A stretch of 64,000 nt of DNA from Rhynchobatus australiae (taxonomy: Eukaryota), in NCBI GenBank assembly GCA_034780895.1, contig JAUZTB010000002.1, positions 69,416,680-69,480,679 on the forward strand, given 5' to 3'. The notes under the pieces are model-generated. The model saw only the letters and a list, made by a program, of their open reading frames with translations. It was not told the DNA's origin and ran no database searches. This document shows positions 12,503 to 25,655 of this stretch, piece by piece. Both the position numbers and the translations under genes were made by a program. Within the stretch, counting starts at the first letter, position 1. Every line of letters starts with the position of its first letter.

Positions 12503-14567
12503 TAACTTTAAGGGACGGGAGGTAATGTTAAAAATAGCAGAAAGTGGCAGAAAATTCAGGTCTAGGACAACCCATCTATTTTGGTTCATTCACCAAATCA
12601 GATATTCTGTGGAAGCCAAATGCACCAAGCCAGAGCACACACCTGTTTTATAGAAAAATACAAACAATAGTTGGAAGTAGTACACACAACTTATTCCCTA
12701 TGTAGCTTCAGTATTTCTAGTCAACACAACTTAGAATGTTGCTCAATACTTGCCTTCCTCTCTCTCCATCCCTATCACCACTCATCACTACCAGCTTATC
12801 AGTAGTTCTAGCATATTGTGCTCTGTGCAATTAAGCAAGCAGGAACTGCCACAATGATTATTTTACCAGGGTAACATTGTATAGGATGCAGTAATTGTGC
12901 ACGGTTTGGAGAAGAACAGGGGTGGACACAAGGAAGTAACTTCAAATACCATCTTGGAATCATTTGAATAATGTTTTTTTAAATGGCAAATGATTTAATT
13001 GATTTCAGCCTTAAGTTTAGTCTAAAATTCAGTTTTTAAAATTACTTCAGGCTAACCTTTGGTCCAACATCATGCCATCTGAGTCTAGAGTAAATTATTG
13101 ACAGCAATAAAATAATAATTAATCCATCGAAGCATGTGATTGCTTCTGCCCAAGCTGTTAAGGTCTTCAGGTTACCAAAGTGTTGTTGGCATACTTTTCA
13201 AAACCGGCTAAACACTATAGAATAAAAATATATTTAGTGAAAGAAGAAAGATCGCTATCCCTTTTATGCAAACTATATTTCCAAGCAGATTGCAATGTGT
13301 TAAGTGGCAGCCATAGATTCAGTAGAATATCTGACAGGCTTATCATTAGTCTATTCTTCTTTGGAAAATAGGTAGGCAGAGGAAAACCCATTTTATAAAG
13401 TAATTAGAATCTGGAATTCAATGCTGAGTAGTAATAGAGTTCGACTCAAAGTAACTGAAAGGAAAATATTTGTACGGTTTGTGGGGGAGGGGAGGGGTGT
13501 GGGACTAGCTGGATTGTTGTTACATAGGACCAGTATGGACTCAATGGCTGAATGGCCACCTTATTGACTGTAGCCATTGAATGATTGATTCTGTCTACAG
13601 ACAAGGGGGTTTGGAAAATGATTGTTCACCACCTTCCTTCCTACTCGCTTGCCCCTGGAGTATCATTTTATTCACTCCTAGTGACTTGCTTACATAAAGG
13701 ATAAACCAACATAATGGGTAAACCAACATTCCTATCATTTTGGAATGAAGAATTTTCCAAATGAGGGGTCCTTCACTGCTTATTCAATGCCCACCAATCA
13801 AGTACTAAGAATGTACTGCACAAAACTTGTGTTATCTCAGTTTTTCCTCACTCAGTCTGCCCAATCTATATATTGCCTCTACAATCTACATCTGTGGCAC
13901 TATTTCATCGTCCTCTCATATCCATTGTAATGCAGACATACTTCCTTTAATGGTTCCTTCTACCATACGGACAAGGTCATTCCTTGGTATCTAGGGCTCT
14001 ATCCTAAGTCATTTTATCAATTAAATACAACAGTAGCAATAACTTGAATTCTGAAGTGCACATTGTAATTACCCGACCTAACCTTGCTGCTATTGCCAGG
14101 TCCAAAGCCATTGTTACTCTATATATACTTGTTAAATGTCAACTTAAAATACTAGCTTAATAACATGAAATTGAAATTAAAACTTTGCCACTGTCATCAG
14201 CTTGTCCTACATTTGAACTTATTGTGTGTCATTAAGCTAACCTCAGGGTAGTGGGCGTTTGCATCCTGTTTGAAGTTAAACTAAAAACTTTCACCTACAT
14301 ATCTGACATGCTACCATGGACCCTTTGATAACACTGCACACTTATATCTTTGAGCTACCGAAACACAAATCTACAACTTTATCACAAAAAAAAGCCCGAG
14401 CCTCTCAAAGCTTTTCCCACTTTCCTTCCAAAACTCTAGGCTCTTTCAACTAGACTGTCACATCTAATGAATGGATGAGAATTTTCATTTTCACGGTTCA
14501 AATATTTTATCATGGTACAACTTATCAAAAAATGCATTCCCAGAAATACATTCTCAGCAACAGTGAA

Positions 14568-14624
14568 AACTTTTGGCGAGAGATAGTGTGGATCATCTAA
14601 CTTTTGGCAAGAGATAGTGTGGAT
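14568..14624 (+). repeat. 26-bp duplication with 31-bp period
   Basis: aacttttggc(g/a)agagatagtgtggat occurs twice with one mismatch. Confidence 0.85.
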
Positions 14625-14723
14625 AGTGTAGTCTTGTGTTTTACAATAGAAAGTACAATCTGGCATCAGAGAATGCAAGAAATAAATTACTGCAACATCA
14701 AATTAAACAATGTATTAGCATAC

Positions 14724-15101
14724 CTGCACAATCTCCAGCATTTCACTTCTGCTAATGTACCCATTCCCATCCAGATCATACATACTAAACGCCCATTTCA
14801 ACTTCTGTTCAAGCTTTCCCCGAGATGTAACACTAAGTGCAATTATAAATTCTCTAAAGTCAATAGTTCCGTCAGCATTTGTATCAAAGGTACGGAACAC
14901 ATGCTCTGCAAACTTTGAAGCATCTCCATATGGAAAAAAGTTTGCATATATTTTCTTGAACTCTTCTACAGTTAAATGGCCACTGGGGCAATCTTTAAGG
15001 AAGCCTTTGTACCACTCCTGGAGCTCATGATCTGTGAATTCAGTATTCTCTCGCAGGTCTTGAAGCACCTCTGGACGAAGTTTACTGTTCTGCTTTCCCA
15101 T
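14724..15101 (-). CDS. HPCAL1: Hippocalcin-like protein 1 (VILIP-3), first coding exon, codons 1-126
   Basis: Translates [41 protein letters not shown]...[10 protein letters not shown]. Contains the N-myristoylation motif MGKQNS, disabled EF1 (CPSG), EF2 [12 protein letters not shown] and EF3 [12 protein letters not shown]. Residues EVLQ, TDHE, KLKW and SRSE fit HPCAL1 rather than HPCA or NCALD. Strong Kozak context AGGATGG. Donor CAG|GTATGC at 14724/14723, phase 0, 378 nt. Confidence 0.97.
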
Positions 15102-15147
15102 CCTCTTGGGTTTAGCTTAAATCTATGAAAAAGAGAAAGAAATTAGC
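15102..15147 (-). promoter_or_regulatory. 3' splice site and 21-nt 5'UTR portion of the ATG-containing exon (exon starts at 15122)
   Basis: Minus strand: gCTAAT branch-point-like motif (15147-15142), pyrimidine tract ttctttctcttttt, then catAG|ATTTAAGCTAAACCCAAGAGG-ATG. Confidence 0.9.
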
Positions 15148-15519
15148 ATGAGTGAAGCATTAAGCTAAATGGGTTATATATCCCAAGTACAACTTAAGTA
15201 ATCAAGGCTCTGTAATCAGGTATCCGCAGTATTATACAATTCTCTCAGGCAAACAGGGTAATTATGTAATTCCTGCACTTCAGGTCAAGGTATCTTGTGC
15301 TATATTTTCTCATCTTTATGCATTCAGCAAAATTCACTAGGAAAATAAAATGAGTGACATGAAATGAGTGACCAGAAAATACCGCAAGTACTAAACAAAT
15401 TAGCAAGCAATAGATAGGAAGCAAACTAATAACATTTCAGGTTGACATTCCTTCATCAGAACTGATGCAACAAGCAATGCAGGAACACAGACTAAAAAGG
15501 AGTTATTAAATGACAAAAG

Positions 15520-16900
15520 CGATGATGATGATGCAAGGGAAATTGGGGAGGGAAACAGAACATGCAGAATAAATGGTATGACTACTACTGGGGTGTCTCC
15601 TCAGGATCGAATAAGACTTGTATGCACTCCAATTTTGTAGGTTCCAAGGTGGCTGATGAGGCCAAGGAGGAACAACAGACCCTTCCACAAGGGGCAAGTG
15701 ATGGCCAACTGAATGGGCAGGAGGGTAGCTAGTGAAGTGTCCACTCCTTCCTCTAGTTGAGCAGGGCATCAGTGGGCTACCAATGAACAACCTCAACACC
15801 ATCTCGAATAAAAGACTCATTTTATCTGCCAAAGTATTTGCAATAGTCATTCTCCTCCCAAAAGGCATGTATTACTCTGCAAACTGCAGTGGATTTGCTC
15901 TGCAGCAGACAACAACTCCAAGAAAGTAACAGGGAGCTGTAGCATCAGCTATACTTGGTTTCTGACTCCAAGAGGGATTGTGGAGTATCGTTCTTGAATT
16001 TGGCTGCCTGGAGAAATTCACTTTTATCTGGTACATGATTGCACACCAATTTTAACCAACAGCACAACACATCCGATCTCAATGCAATCTGGTTTCAAGC
16101 AAAGCTGTCCATCATCACCCTAACACTTTACCCAAATTTTTCTTGTTGCAATGCTACACACCACCTCTAACAAGCTACCCAAGACTGCATCAAATATACA
16201 AGAAGCCATGAAACACTTCAATCTAAATTGCCTTCACCTCTGAACCAAAGTCAGTTCAACCCTAGACATCAGCATGCAGATGTTTGTATGCACATACACA
16301 AAAACAAGAGGCCAAGCTCCAAATCATCATTGACTCATTTACTGGATTTACATTTAGGATCTACAAAACAAAGCTCCTTTATCAATTTACTCCCACTGTA
16401 CCGCACTGCTCCCTAATAAAGGTGCACTACAATATCCTGGAATATACAGACCACTTCCCATATTTCAGGAGCCACCTCTCAGGCAGGCATTTGTGAAGCT
16501 TACTATCACTTTCATCGTACCACTGGAACCTTTGGTCATCTGAGGAATAAAGCCCAGCACAAAGCTCATGGCCTATTGGGCAGCAATGATACACATCCTC
16601 CTGTTTACTTCTGAGGCACCTCTAAGAACCAGAAAGTTACCAACAATGCTGCCTCTACAAATTTCCAAATCCACTGGAAGGATGAGTGAACCAATGACAG
16701 CAAACAGCCCCAAGGGAACATTGTCAGAGCTCTAACCACTCTCAGCTGGATAGGCCACATCACACACCAAAGACTCTAAAAACGGGCATTTTGCTCCAAG
16801 ATTACCATAAAGATGGAGGAAACTACTCAAGAATATTCTCAAAGCCTCCTTAAAAAAAAATCCCCATTGATTTATGGGAACCCCAGCAGGCAAAGTGGAG
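15520..16900 (+). mobile_element. Highly degenerate RTE-clade LINE
   Basis: C-terminal relic 'cagctggataggccacatc...aagaatattctcaaagcctcctt' (QL.W.GH..R...K..LKASL) resembles 20340-20470. The 5' boundary is uncertain. Confidence 0.5.
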
Positions 16901-16969
16901 AAACAGTATTCTAATGTTACTGGGAACCTAGAATCCCCTCAAGTTAAAGACTGAAAATTGGTAAGATCC

Positions 16970-17430
16970 ATTCTTAGTTGCACAATCTTTAAGACTCAGT
17001 TGGTCCACACTTGAGCTGTGCATTAGGAAAGGGTATATTTGCCCTTGTAGGAATGCAGTGCCAAATTCACCAGAATATCACTACTGACAGTGCTAGATAT
17101 AGAAAAGTTGCATAAATACGTAGTCTCCTAGCATACAGAGGGGGCAATTTAGTTTTTAGGAATGTTGAAAGGAATGGGATAAATAATGAGAAGTCCTGGA
17201 CCAGGGAGTAGAACTTTGAAATTCAAGCCAGTTTATTCTGGAAGCTTACCATTCATGAAAACAGTGGTGGAAGTTTAGAATTCTCACAATTACATGCTAG
17301 TAACTTTAAATTACAACTTCAATAGTTGTTGCACCTAATGGTGCCAAGTACTTTGAAGTGAAGGTAGTTCGATGATTTAGGATGATCCACCATAATAACC
17401 TCGATAAATGACAGGACAGACTCAAGTGAG
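16970..17430 (+). mobile_element. Old CR1-like 3' fragment
   Basis: agactcagttggtccacacttgagctgtgc...aggaaagggtata...caaattcaccagaat is a decayed version of the CR1 LVRPHLEYC..RFTR region. Confidence 0.5.
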
Positions 17431-18389
17431 CTGATCCTTTTCAGAGACTTCAGTACTCTGAGTGAGATTTCATCAGAAGCCATTGTAATTTAAGGCCCCA
17501 AGATTAATAATGTGCTGAGCGTTTCTTTAAGCGCAGGTGACAGCTGGAGGAAACATTGGGAGGATGGTAGCCAGATTGTTTATCTGCAAGTGAAGCACAT
17601 GAAAGCCTAGACTTCTGTATGTGCTTCAGTTACTTTTCAGGACAACCAAGAGCAAGATTTAACCAATATTTAAAGCTTAATAATTAAATTTACTAGGTTT
17701 AGCTAGTATTTAAGAAAACATTGGTTACATTACTTTGCAGTAATGAGAGTTTTGAAATGCCAGAGTGCACAAAGCATAGACTCTCATTATTGGCATTTAT
17801 AAAATCAAAACTCTAATTAGCTTCTTGGTGTATCAGTGTATGTTGTGATACCAAGATTCACAATGAGGTTAACAGAAAGATATCAACTGTAGCAATAAAT
17901 GGATTGCTAACACTGACATGTTTACTGCTTTACAAGGTTGAGTTTTAGTCACAGGGAAGTACAGCTGTGTCCATAGTTTTTGGGAGGGGCCTGGTGAATC
18001 AGCAAGGCTACAGTCCCTAACTATCATTAAACATGTTAACATTGGACACAGGATAAACATAATGTTTATGTTGAATGCATCTCCTCCAAAAGTGACCACT
18101 TTTGAATGTCACCCTGCATCCTTTTAGTAGGCAGCATATTTGAGAGAACCAAAANNNNNNNNNNNNNNNNNNNNNNNNTGCAAAATGAGGAGGAAAAAAA
18201 AATTGTACTTTGAAGATGTGTTCATCAGAACCACTGACCAAGTGGCACTGCCCAAAGGACTGCCCATAGATTGTGCCTGCACCAGGTGGCAACAGAACAC
18301 CAGAGAAAAGCCATCTTATTCTTTCCCTCAACAATCCAGTCTCACAGATACGTGATATTAGGAGTGACCTCTCCACAGTTCATGGGGCA

Positions 18390-18980
18390 GAGTTCCAGCT
18401 TTAAACTGAGCACACTCTCCATGATCAACAAGTTAAATTATAGAGATACAGAACAGACCCAGTGCTCAAAACTGGCCATGTGGCAAAGGACTACATGCCA
18501 TGTGAACTGTATTGCAGCTCTATTCAATCTTATGCTCTAGGACCCCTCTCTCTCACTCTACCATTATCAAACCAGGGGGCAAATGCTTTCCAATCTCTTT
18601 CCATCACCTACACATCAGGGACATGCTGGAATGCTCTTCAGCTGCTTAGATAAATGCAGCACTAGTACCTGAGAATTTCAGCACCATTCACTACAAAGCA
18701 GCCCACTAGATCAGCACTCCAGCTAGCATCTTAAACATGCCACATCGGCACACTGCAGCAACTTGTCTTGGCTTATCCATCAATGTCACCATGACATGCA
18801 ACTTCTACCACCTAGGGTGGCAAAGATAGCAGGCGTGCAGGACCACTATCTCAGTCACACCCTATCCTGGCTTGGAAACAAGTCATTCCCGAGTCAAAGA
18901 AACCTTGAATTTCCTCCATCTCAATGCCAAGGAAAACTTTCTCTATAAATACTACAAGAACTCAAGGCTATGGCTCCCTG
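18390..18980 (+). mobile_element. Degenerate LINE 3' fragment (same family as 53.2-56.2 kb)
   Basis: Relics 'ccatcacctacacatcagg', 'caaagcagcccac' and 'agatagcaggcgtgcaggaccac' mirror the reverse complement of 53.3-53.8 kb. Confidence 0.5.
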
Positions 18981-20204
18981 AATGATTTTATAAAAATGTG
19001 CATTTACTAGATTATGATCTATCAAAAGTTTTCTTCCTTTTTGCACTTATTCATTCAGTTCAGAAAATTTACATAAATTTTTTGTTCCTTTGGCAAGCAT
19101 ACATTTAGTGTAATTCTGCATCAGCTAATCGTCTCTTTTAAGAACTGGAATGGCTCTTTATACTAGAGAGCAAAACATGGTCCCAGAATTGCTGGCAAAA
19201 GTCAGCTCTTGCCATCTCCTCAGTTTCTACTTCAGGCTTCAAATTCACAGCTGAATCAATTAATGGTTCCCAGATGGCAGTGATGTTGAAATGTAAACAA
19301 AATAGAGAGGAGGTAACAAAATGATGGCCCCTCAATCCTTCCAAATACACCAACTCAATATACAACATCAAGCTAGGAGGAATAAACCAAGGAAGGTCAA
19401 AAGGGATGCATAATAATCCTTAATTTTGTAAATATGCAAGGTTCAAAGATGTTAAAACTCTGTAAAACAATGTCCAAATGTAATAGTTAACCCAAGGAAA
19501 AACTAAAGAGCCAAACTGTGCAAACTAAATTCAGTTTTCAAATACTTAAAAATATTGTTAATGCCTGAGAACTATGCAGAGCTGCAAATGGCAGTTGTCT
19601 GTCTGCATTTAACGAATAACAAGGAGCAGGCATGTGGAGATGCCACATTTGGGAACTTGCTGGATTTGAAAGGCATTTGGTCTGTCCAAGTTGATATCGC
19701 TGAAACTGAGGGGACGGAGGACTCACAGAGCCAAGAAACGGAAAATCAGAATACACTGACAAGTACTGTAACTCAGCAATACATGACACAATATTAAAGT
19801 TCTCTTTTCCCCCACATTTAAAATGCTAAAACAGTTCGAGTTGATTTTAAACACTACAATCAGAACACTTAAAACTAAACTAATATAAATTTAAAGTGTT
19901 GATTGTTAATTTTAGATTTACCTTGACACTAGTGTGATGTATTTTAGGCACTGACGTTAATCTATAGGTAAGTAGGGGATTTAGGTCTTACTGACTTCAA
20001 TAAGTAGACAATTCAAGTGCTCCTCCAGATACTTTAATGTTGTGAGAGCACGTGCCTCCAGTGCCCGCTTTGGCAGCAGAATAGGTCAGCCTGGTCTTTC
20101 TCCTNNNNNNNNNNNNNNNNNNNNNNNNNNNNNNNNNNNNNNNNNNNNNNNNNNNNNNNNNNNNNNNNNNNNNNNNNNNNNNNNNNNNNNNNNNNNNNNN
20201 NNNN

Positions 20205-20730
20205 ACTTTTATCATTTATTTAGACTTTTGTACCAAATGCTACCACTCATGCTGTCTCTGCACAATCCTTCAAAACAATTGGATGGATCAGTGAGCCAAA
20301 CGTCAGCAGTCTCAGCTGCCAATATGCTCAGCAGCAAAGCTTTAATTACATTTAGTCAGCTCAAATGGGCAGACCATGTCATTTGCATACCTGACACCAA
20401 ACTCCCAAAACAGACACTCAGGACTGTCAAGGCTACCACAGAAAACAAGGATATTCTCAATTCTTCCCTCAGGGTGGGGAGTACCATTCCTCATCAGCTC
20501 AGGCATATGACAACTCAAAATGGAAGTGTCCAGAATGGGACCTCAGGAACAGGAGCACAAGTAAATCCAATAGAAAAAGTTAGGAATGCACCACCTCCTA
20601 ACCAGCCAATCAAGAATCATCTGCCCCATCTTAGCCACAATCTGGATCTCACAAGAGCCTCATCAGCCACCTCAGAACCCACAGAAATGAACTGGAAGCA
20701 AGACAACCTCAAGGAAAAGCTTAAGACCAC
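20205..20730 (+). mobile_element. RTE-clade LINE 3' end
   Basis: Translation ALITFSQLKWADHVICIPDTKLPKQ...KDILNSSL matches the RTE C-terminal QLRWAGHVxRMPDxRLPKQ motif. The tail cctcatcagccacctcagaacccacaga is shared with 40.7 kb. Confidence 0.75.
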
Positions 20731-22276
20731 TATCATTCTACTGCTTTCTGCTGGTATTACTCAAAACATGACTTTGTATTTAAGATGGTCCAAATGTATC
20801 TTAAGGAAAACAATACCCCAGAAAAAAAATTAAGCAGGAGGGGGCACGGAAGAGCACTTTCCCTTTGATTCTTTGAAATTAAACCTTACTGTATCTCAAC
20901 CCAAAATGATTAAAAGCCCCATGGGAGTATAAACGCAGTGAATTCTATAGTTCAAAAAGGTCAACATTTCCCCAGGTTAGATCCTACTTTCCACATCTGC
21001 TGGCAGGATTTAAATTTACTACATTGCCGGAAGTTGTCCAAGATGCTTTGTGACACAGCTTTTGTTCTTACGCAGATATATNNNNNNNNNNNNNNGAACT
21101 CATGAGCAATCAAGGTATACACAGTGACACAAGTACAAAACACCACAGGTGTTTAATTAACTGTATAAAATGGGTTCTCTACAGCAGTAAACATCTCCCC
21201 AGCAAAATCCCAGTGGTTTTAAAATCTACTGCAACAACAGAGTATGCGTCCAAAAGTAACTTTCCCACTTTCATCGCCAATGACGACAAATCATTACATC
21301 ACATTCCCCTCAAATGCATATTAAAAACCAAATGAAACAAGGAACAATTATCCAAGGATTGTCAAACAAGAAAAATATTTTTATCATGTACCATAAATGA
21401 AGCACATTTCCTAACATGTCACTGTGAGAAACTGAAGGTAATGCCAGCGATTGTGCAAGAAATGATGCCTAAGTGGGTACTTAAAAATAGGTTTTATGGA
21501 GGGTCTTATAAAAGACAGGGACATGGAGAGGTTTGGAAGAACATCCCAGAAGGAGCATGAAAGTTGACTAAAATTGTGCTTGCTTACATGCATCTGTGGA
21601 GTTCTTAATTTTGGAGCACGGAGCTGCCAATAAACAATATAGTTCAGAGAAATTGTTTTGAGACTACATGCCCATGCAACAGTATTCATGTTGTTTGATA
21701 GCCAGGTCAGCCAGAAAACAGCATGTTAAGGGATAAATTAAGCTAGTTATCCACAAGGGACTTTATCCAGAAATTAATTGCTTCTCTTGTGATCACCCAA
21801 AGGCAAATAAACCAAACAGGTTAATATTAATTGCCCAACAGCAGCCACATTTGGAAGTGTGGCCTGCTTACATCAAACCAAAACACTAAAGTTGTTCTTC
21901 ACTAGATGGCCAAAAAAGACCCAAAGTCAGTTGTGGTTTAGCCTACAATGATTGCAATTTTGCAAATTACTCTTATTCTTTCAATGTGCAAAAAAATTTA
22001 AATATAACATTACTCCTACTTCATTTGCATGAACGTAAAGCTTGGTAAACTAATTTAAAAATACTAAATTGCTTGGGATTAAAAACAAATTTCAGCTATA
22101 TTAGTTAGTTGAATTTAATGATTATATCTCAAATACAAAAATATATATTTTCACATGTTCAGATACATGAAAATGTAGTACTTGACCATTGCTTGAAGGC
22201 AGAATGGTAATAATGGACATAACTGTGCTTTAAATCATTCCATTAATGTTCAAATACAAAAGGAGCAACAATACAC

Positions 22277-22584
22277 TATAGCCTGCCCCCAGGTAATGAA
22301 TAGGTTTTTTTTAAGAAAAGCAAACATCCACAAGTCCAGAAATACACCAAAAAAAACACTCGATATGGTAACCATACCTTCACAGTATTGTTTTGAATGG
22401 TACCAAAAGCACACAAAACTGCTATGGACAATTATTAAAAGTGGAGAGCGAGGGAGAGGAAACTAGTTTTGCCCTTCTTAGGAGGAAGCATATACACATA
22501 CATCAGACTTAATTTATTATGGGAGTTTGCTTGTATGTAGGGAGTGTCCATAAGTCAGGCATCTGTAACCTGGGGATGGTATTA
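22277..22584. mobile_element. Tc1/mariner (Tigger-like) MITE relic
   Basis: Imperfect terminal inverted repeats (ta..ccccaggtaa / taacctgggg..ta), with internal gtccataagtc and atccacaagtc motifs of Tigger type. Confidence 0.45.
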
Positions 22585-24149
22585 ATTATCATTTGCCTCT
22601 TCTATATGGATCCAATGATTTTGCTCATTTTGCTTATAAAGCAATATTTTACAGAAGTAATGTAGTTCTTCGTTAATACTGAATGAATAGTTAAGGGTCA
22701 ATACTTAATAGTTCTAGTAGTTGAAGGAATATTGGCCAGCTCTAGAAGATAATGCCTTTGTTCTTTTTGGAATATTATGATGAATTCTTCAGATTACATT
22801 TCAACTACATTTAAATGAAAGGCAGCACCCAAATGAAATGACTTCCTTTCCAAGCAGTCTGTTATGGATTTAAACCCATACCTTTAAGGGAATGGAAAAA
22901 ATGCAAATACATCAACATTCTGCTCATTTCCAATTAAGCCATAAAAACTTTAGTGTGGTCAATTGCCATTGACTTGAACCAAATGGAGAAAATAATATTT
23001 GATGTATAAATGCTCCAGTTAAACAGGAGGTAAAGTTAGTTAACAGCTTTCCTTATTAAATAAATGTTCATGCAGCCATACTTGGAGTCAGAGAGATCAG
23101 TTGGTGTCAATGGGGAAAGAAAAGCAAATATAATTAATTTTAATAAGTATTCTCAACATTATGCTTTAAATTACCAAAAGCACGAGGTGAAAATAGCAAT
23201 ATAGTTCTTCACACATCCAAGGGCTCTAAGAAGTCCAGTAGGATGAGTGTTTAATTATAGCTGACTACTGGAGCATAGAAAAAACTGTAACGACTCAGTG
23301 CAGTAACCTGGTAGCTTTCTGGAACTGTTGTTTCGCTTAAGCTTCAAGATACAAAACAAAAATGAGGGATGTTACAAGTGGAAATATGAGCAAGAAGTTT
23401 CCTGGTTTAGATTTTGTAATGACTTTTTAAAATATGTAGCACACATACATTGGTAGGCCAAAGGGCCTGTATTGTATTGTGTTGTTCTAATTTAGAGAAT
23501 GTCATAAAACAGAAAATCTTCAAAATGTTGAAAAAGTTAAAAGTACTACCACCCCACTAACCTAGTAACTTCAGTAAGAACGAACTTTTTACTCCATTAC
23601 TCTTCAGTGCAGAGATTAAACCCCAATGCTCTTTTATTTGCATGTGTAATTCATTCAAATCCTAACTTTGAATTCTCTCCAAGCTATTCTTCTATTTCAT
23701 GGGAAGTTTATCATTGTTGTGGGTTTGCCGGTCCAATCCTGAAAATGTACAAAGATATGATTCTTCCATTAAGCCCTTAGTCTTTGTTGCAACAATGTCT
23801 CCATTTCAAAAGTACTTTACACTGACTAAAGCAGTTTGGAATACTCAAAAGGTGCCTTAAAGATTCTTCTTTATCACATGACCTATCTCTTCCCTTGAAG
23901 AATTTACTTCCTTGAGAATTTATTATGTAGCTGGAGGAGACTTCTAAAGATTCATTTGTGTCAGTATGTCCAACAATACTGACAACACCCAAACAGGGAC
24001 GCAAGATAAATTTGGATACAAATACATTGATGTGAATAGATTCTAAAANNNNNNNNNNACCAGGAATTGCTGTACAACAGTGATACAAATAAATCGAGAC
24101 ATCATGCAGAATGAAAGAGAATAAGGACAGGGGAGCAAAGGGAGAGAGA

Positions 24150-24625
24150 ACACAATTTAGGAACACAAGGCTACTCAGATCCTCATGCCTACCTTACCAT
24201 TTAATAAGATAATGATTACTCTTATAGTAATCTCAACTCCTCATTCTTATCTACTCACAGTAACCCTTCACCCCTCTCTGCCTCAAAGATACCCAAAATA
24301 TTATACTTCTACCAACCTCTCAGGAAGTTCAAAAGATTCAAAGAGGGAAAAAACCTAGAAATGGCCATTACTGGATTTTAAAAAATATAAATACAGTAAT
24401 GCCCATTTCTAGATGCTCCTACAAGAGGAAACATCCTCCCCATATCCACTGTCAAGGTCCCTCAGGAACTTGCACTGCTAATCAGGTCCCCTCTCACTCT
24501 TCTAAACTCCAGCAGATACTGTATTACTCTAGCCTGTCCAACCTTTCCTCATAAGGGGGCCCATCTTTTCCAAGTAGTGGTCAACGAAACCTTTGAACCA
24601 CTTCCAATGCATTAATATCCTTCCT
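24150..24625 (-). mobile_element. Old CR1-like 3' fragment
   Basis: cccctctcactcttctaaactccagc..tagcctgtccaacctttcctcataag..ccacttccaatgcattaatatccttcctt is the reverse complement of the CR1 C-terminal region seen at 4.86-5.0 kb. Confidence 0.65.
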
Positions 24626-24714
24626 TAAAATAAGAGAAAGCANNNNNNNNNNNNNNNNNNNNNNATAAAAACAAAACTGCATGAAGAAAATGGGGTGAGG
24701 ATACTAGTCAAGAG

Positions 24715-25655
24715 AACTGACACAGCAAACCACCACCAGGCACATCTTCCCCTCCACCACTTTCCACAGGGATTGTTCTCTCCATGATTCCTTTGTCCAC
24801 TTGTCCCTCCCCACTGATGACCATCCTGGCACTTATCCCTGCAACCGTGCAAAGTGCCACACCTGTCCCTACACCTCCTCCCTCACCACCATTCAGGGCC
24901 CTAGACAGTCCTTGCAGGTGAGGTGAGCGCTTCACCCATGAATCCAAGGGTGTCATTTATTGCATCTGGTGTGGCCCCCTCTACATCAGTAAGGCCCGAC
25001 GCAGATTGGGTGACTGCTTTGTCGAGCACCTTTGCTCTGTCCGCCACAAAAGCAAGGATTGCCCAGTGTCCAGCCACTTCAATTCCACATCCCATTCCCA
25101 TACTGACACTTCTATCTACAGCCCCTTCTACTGCCACATTGAGGCCAGACACAGGTTGTAGGAACAACACCTCATATTCAGCCTTGGTATTCTCCAACCT
25201 GGCAGCTTCAACATTGATTTTGCTACCTTCCAGTAACCCCTCCCTTCTTCCACACACTCCCTCCCATCTACCCTCATTCCTGTGGCCCCCTTCAACTCTC
25301 ATGACCTGCCCATCTATTCCTATCTCCTTCCCTTTTCCAATGGTCTACTGCCCTCTCCAACTGGATTCCTTCTTCAGCCCTTTGCCTCTTCTACCCATCA
25401 TCTCTCAGCTTCTTGCACCTCCCCTAACCCACCTACACTCTTCGCCGCTGCGGGCCCCCCCCCCCCCCAGCCCCCGGCCNNNNNNNNNNCCCCACTCACC
25501 CTTCAAGCCTCTGCTCCTCCTCCTCTGACATTATTATTCTGGCTTCTGCCCTCTTCCTTACCAGTCCTGATGAAAAGGTCTCGACCCAAAACTTCAGCTG
25601 TTCATTTCCCTCCATAGATGCACCCTGACCTGCTGAGTTCTTCCTGCACTGTTAT
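24715..25655 (+). mobile_element. Penelope-like retroelement (GIY-YIG domain plus terminal repeat with hammerhead relic)
   Basis: From 24825 it reads PGTYPCNRAKCHTCPYTSSLTTIQGPRQSLQVR*, then GVIYCIWCGPLYISKARRRLGDCFVEH (Cys linker and GIY-YIG motifs, disrupted). A pyrimidine-rich tract follows, then cagtcCTGATGA... at 25562-25600. Confidence 0.88.

Noticed and set aside
14715-14723. ORF-track C-terminus 'VC*' implying a 128-aa protein
   Set aside because: Read-through into the intron past the CAG|GTATGC donor; the downstream exons complete the 193-aa protein.
18677-18697. ttcagcacca, an RE1 left half-site
   Set aside because: No right half-site, and it lies inside a LINE relic.
20042-20833. 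263-aa ORF, the longest in the track
   Set aside because: It spans a 100-N gap and consists largely of a decayed RTE LINE C-terminus; not a host gene.
24901-25617. Overlapping 111-201 aa ORFs
   Set aside because: Off-frame or antisense readings of a Penelope relic and its C/T-rich tract.
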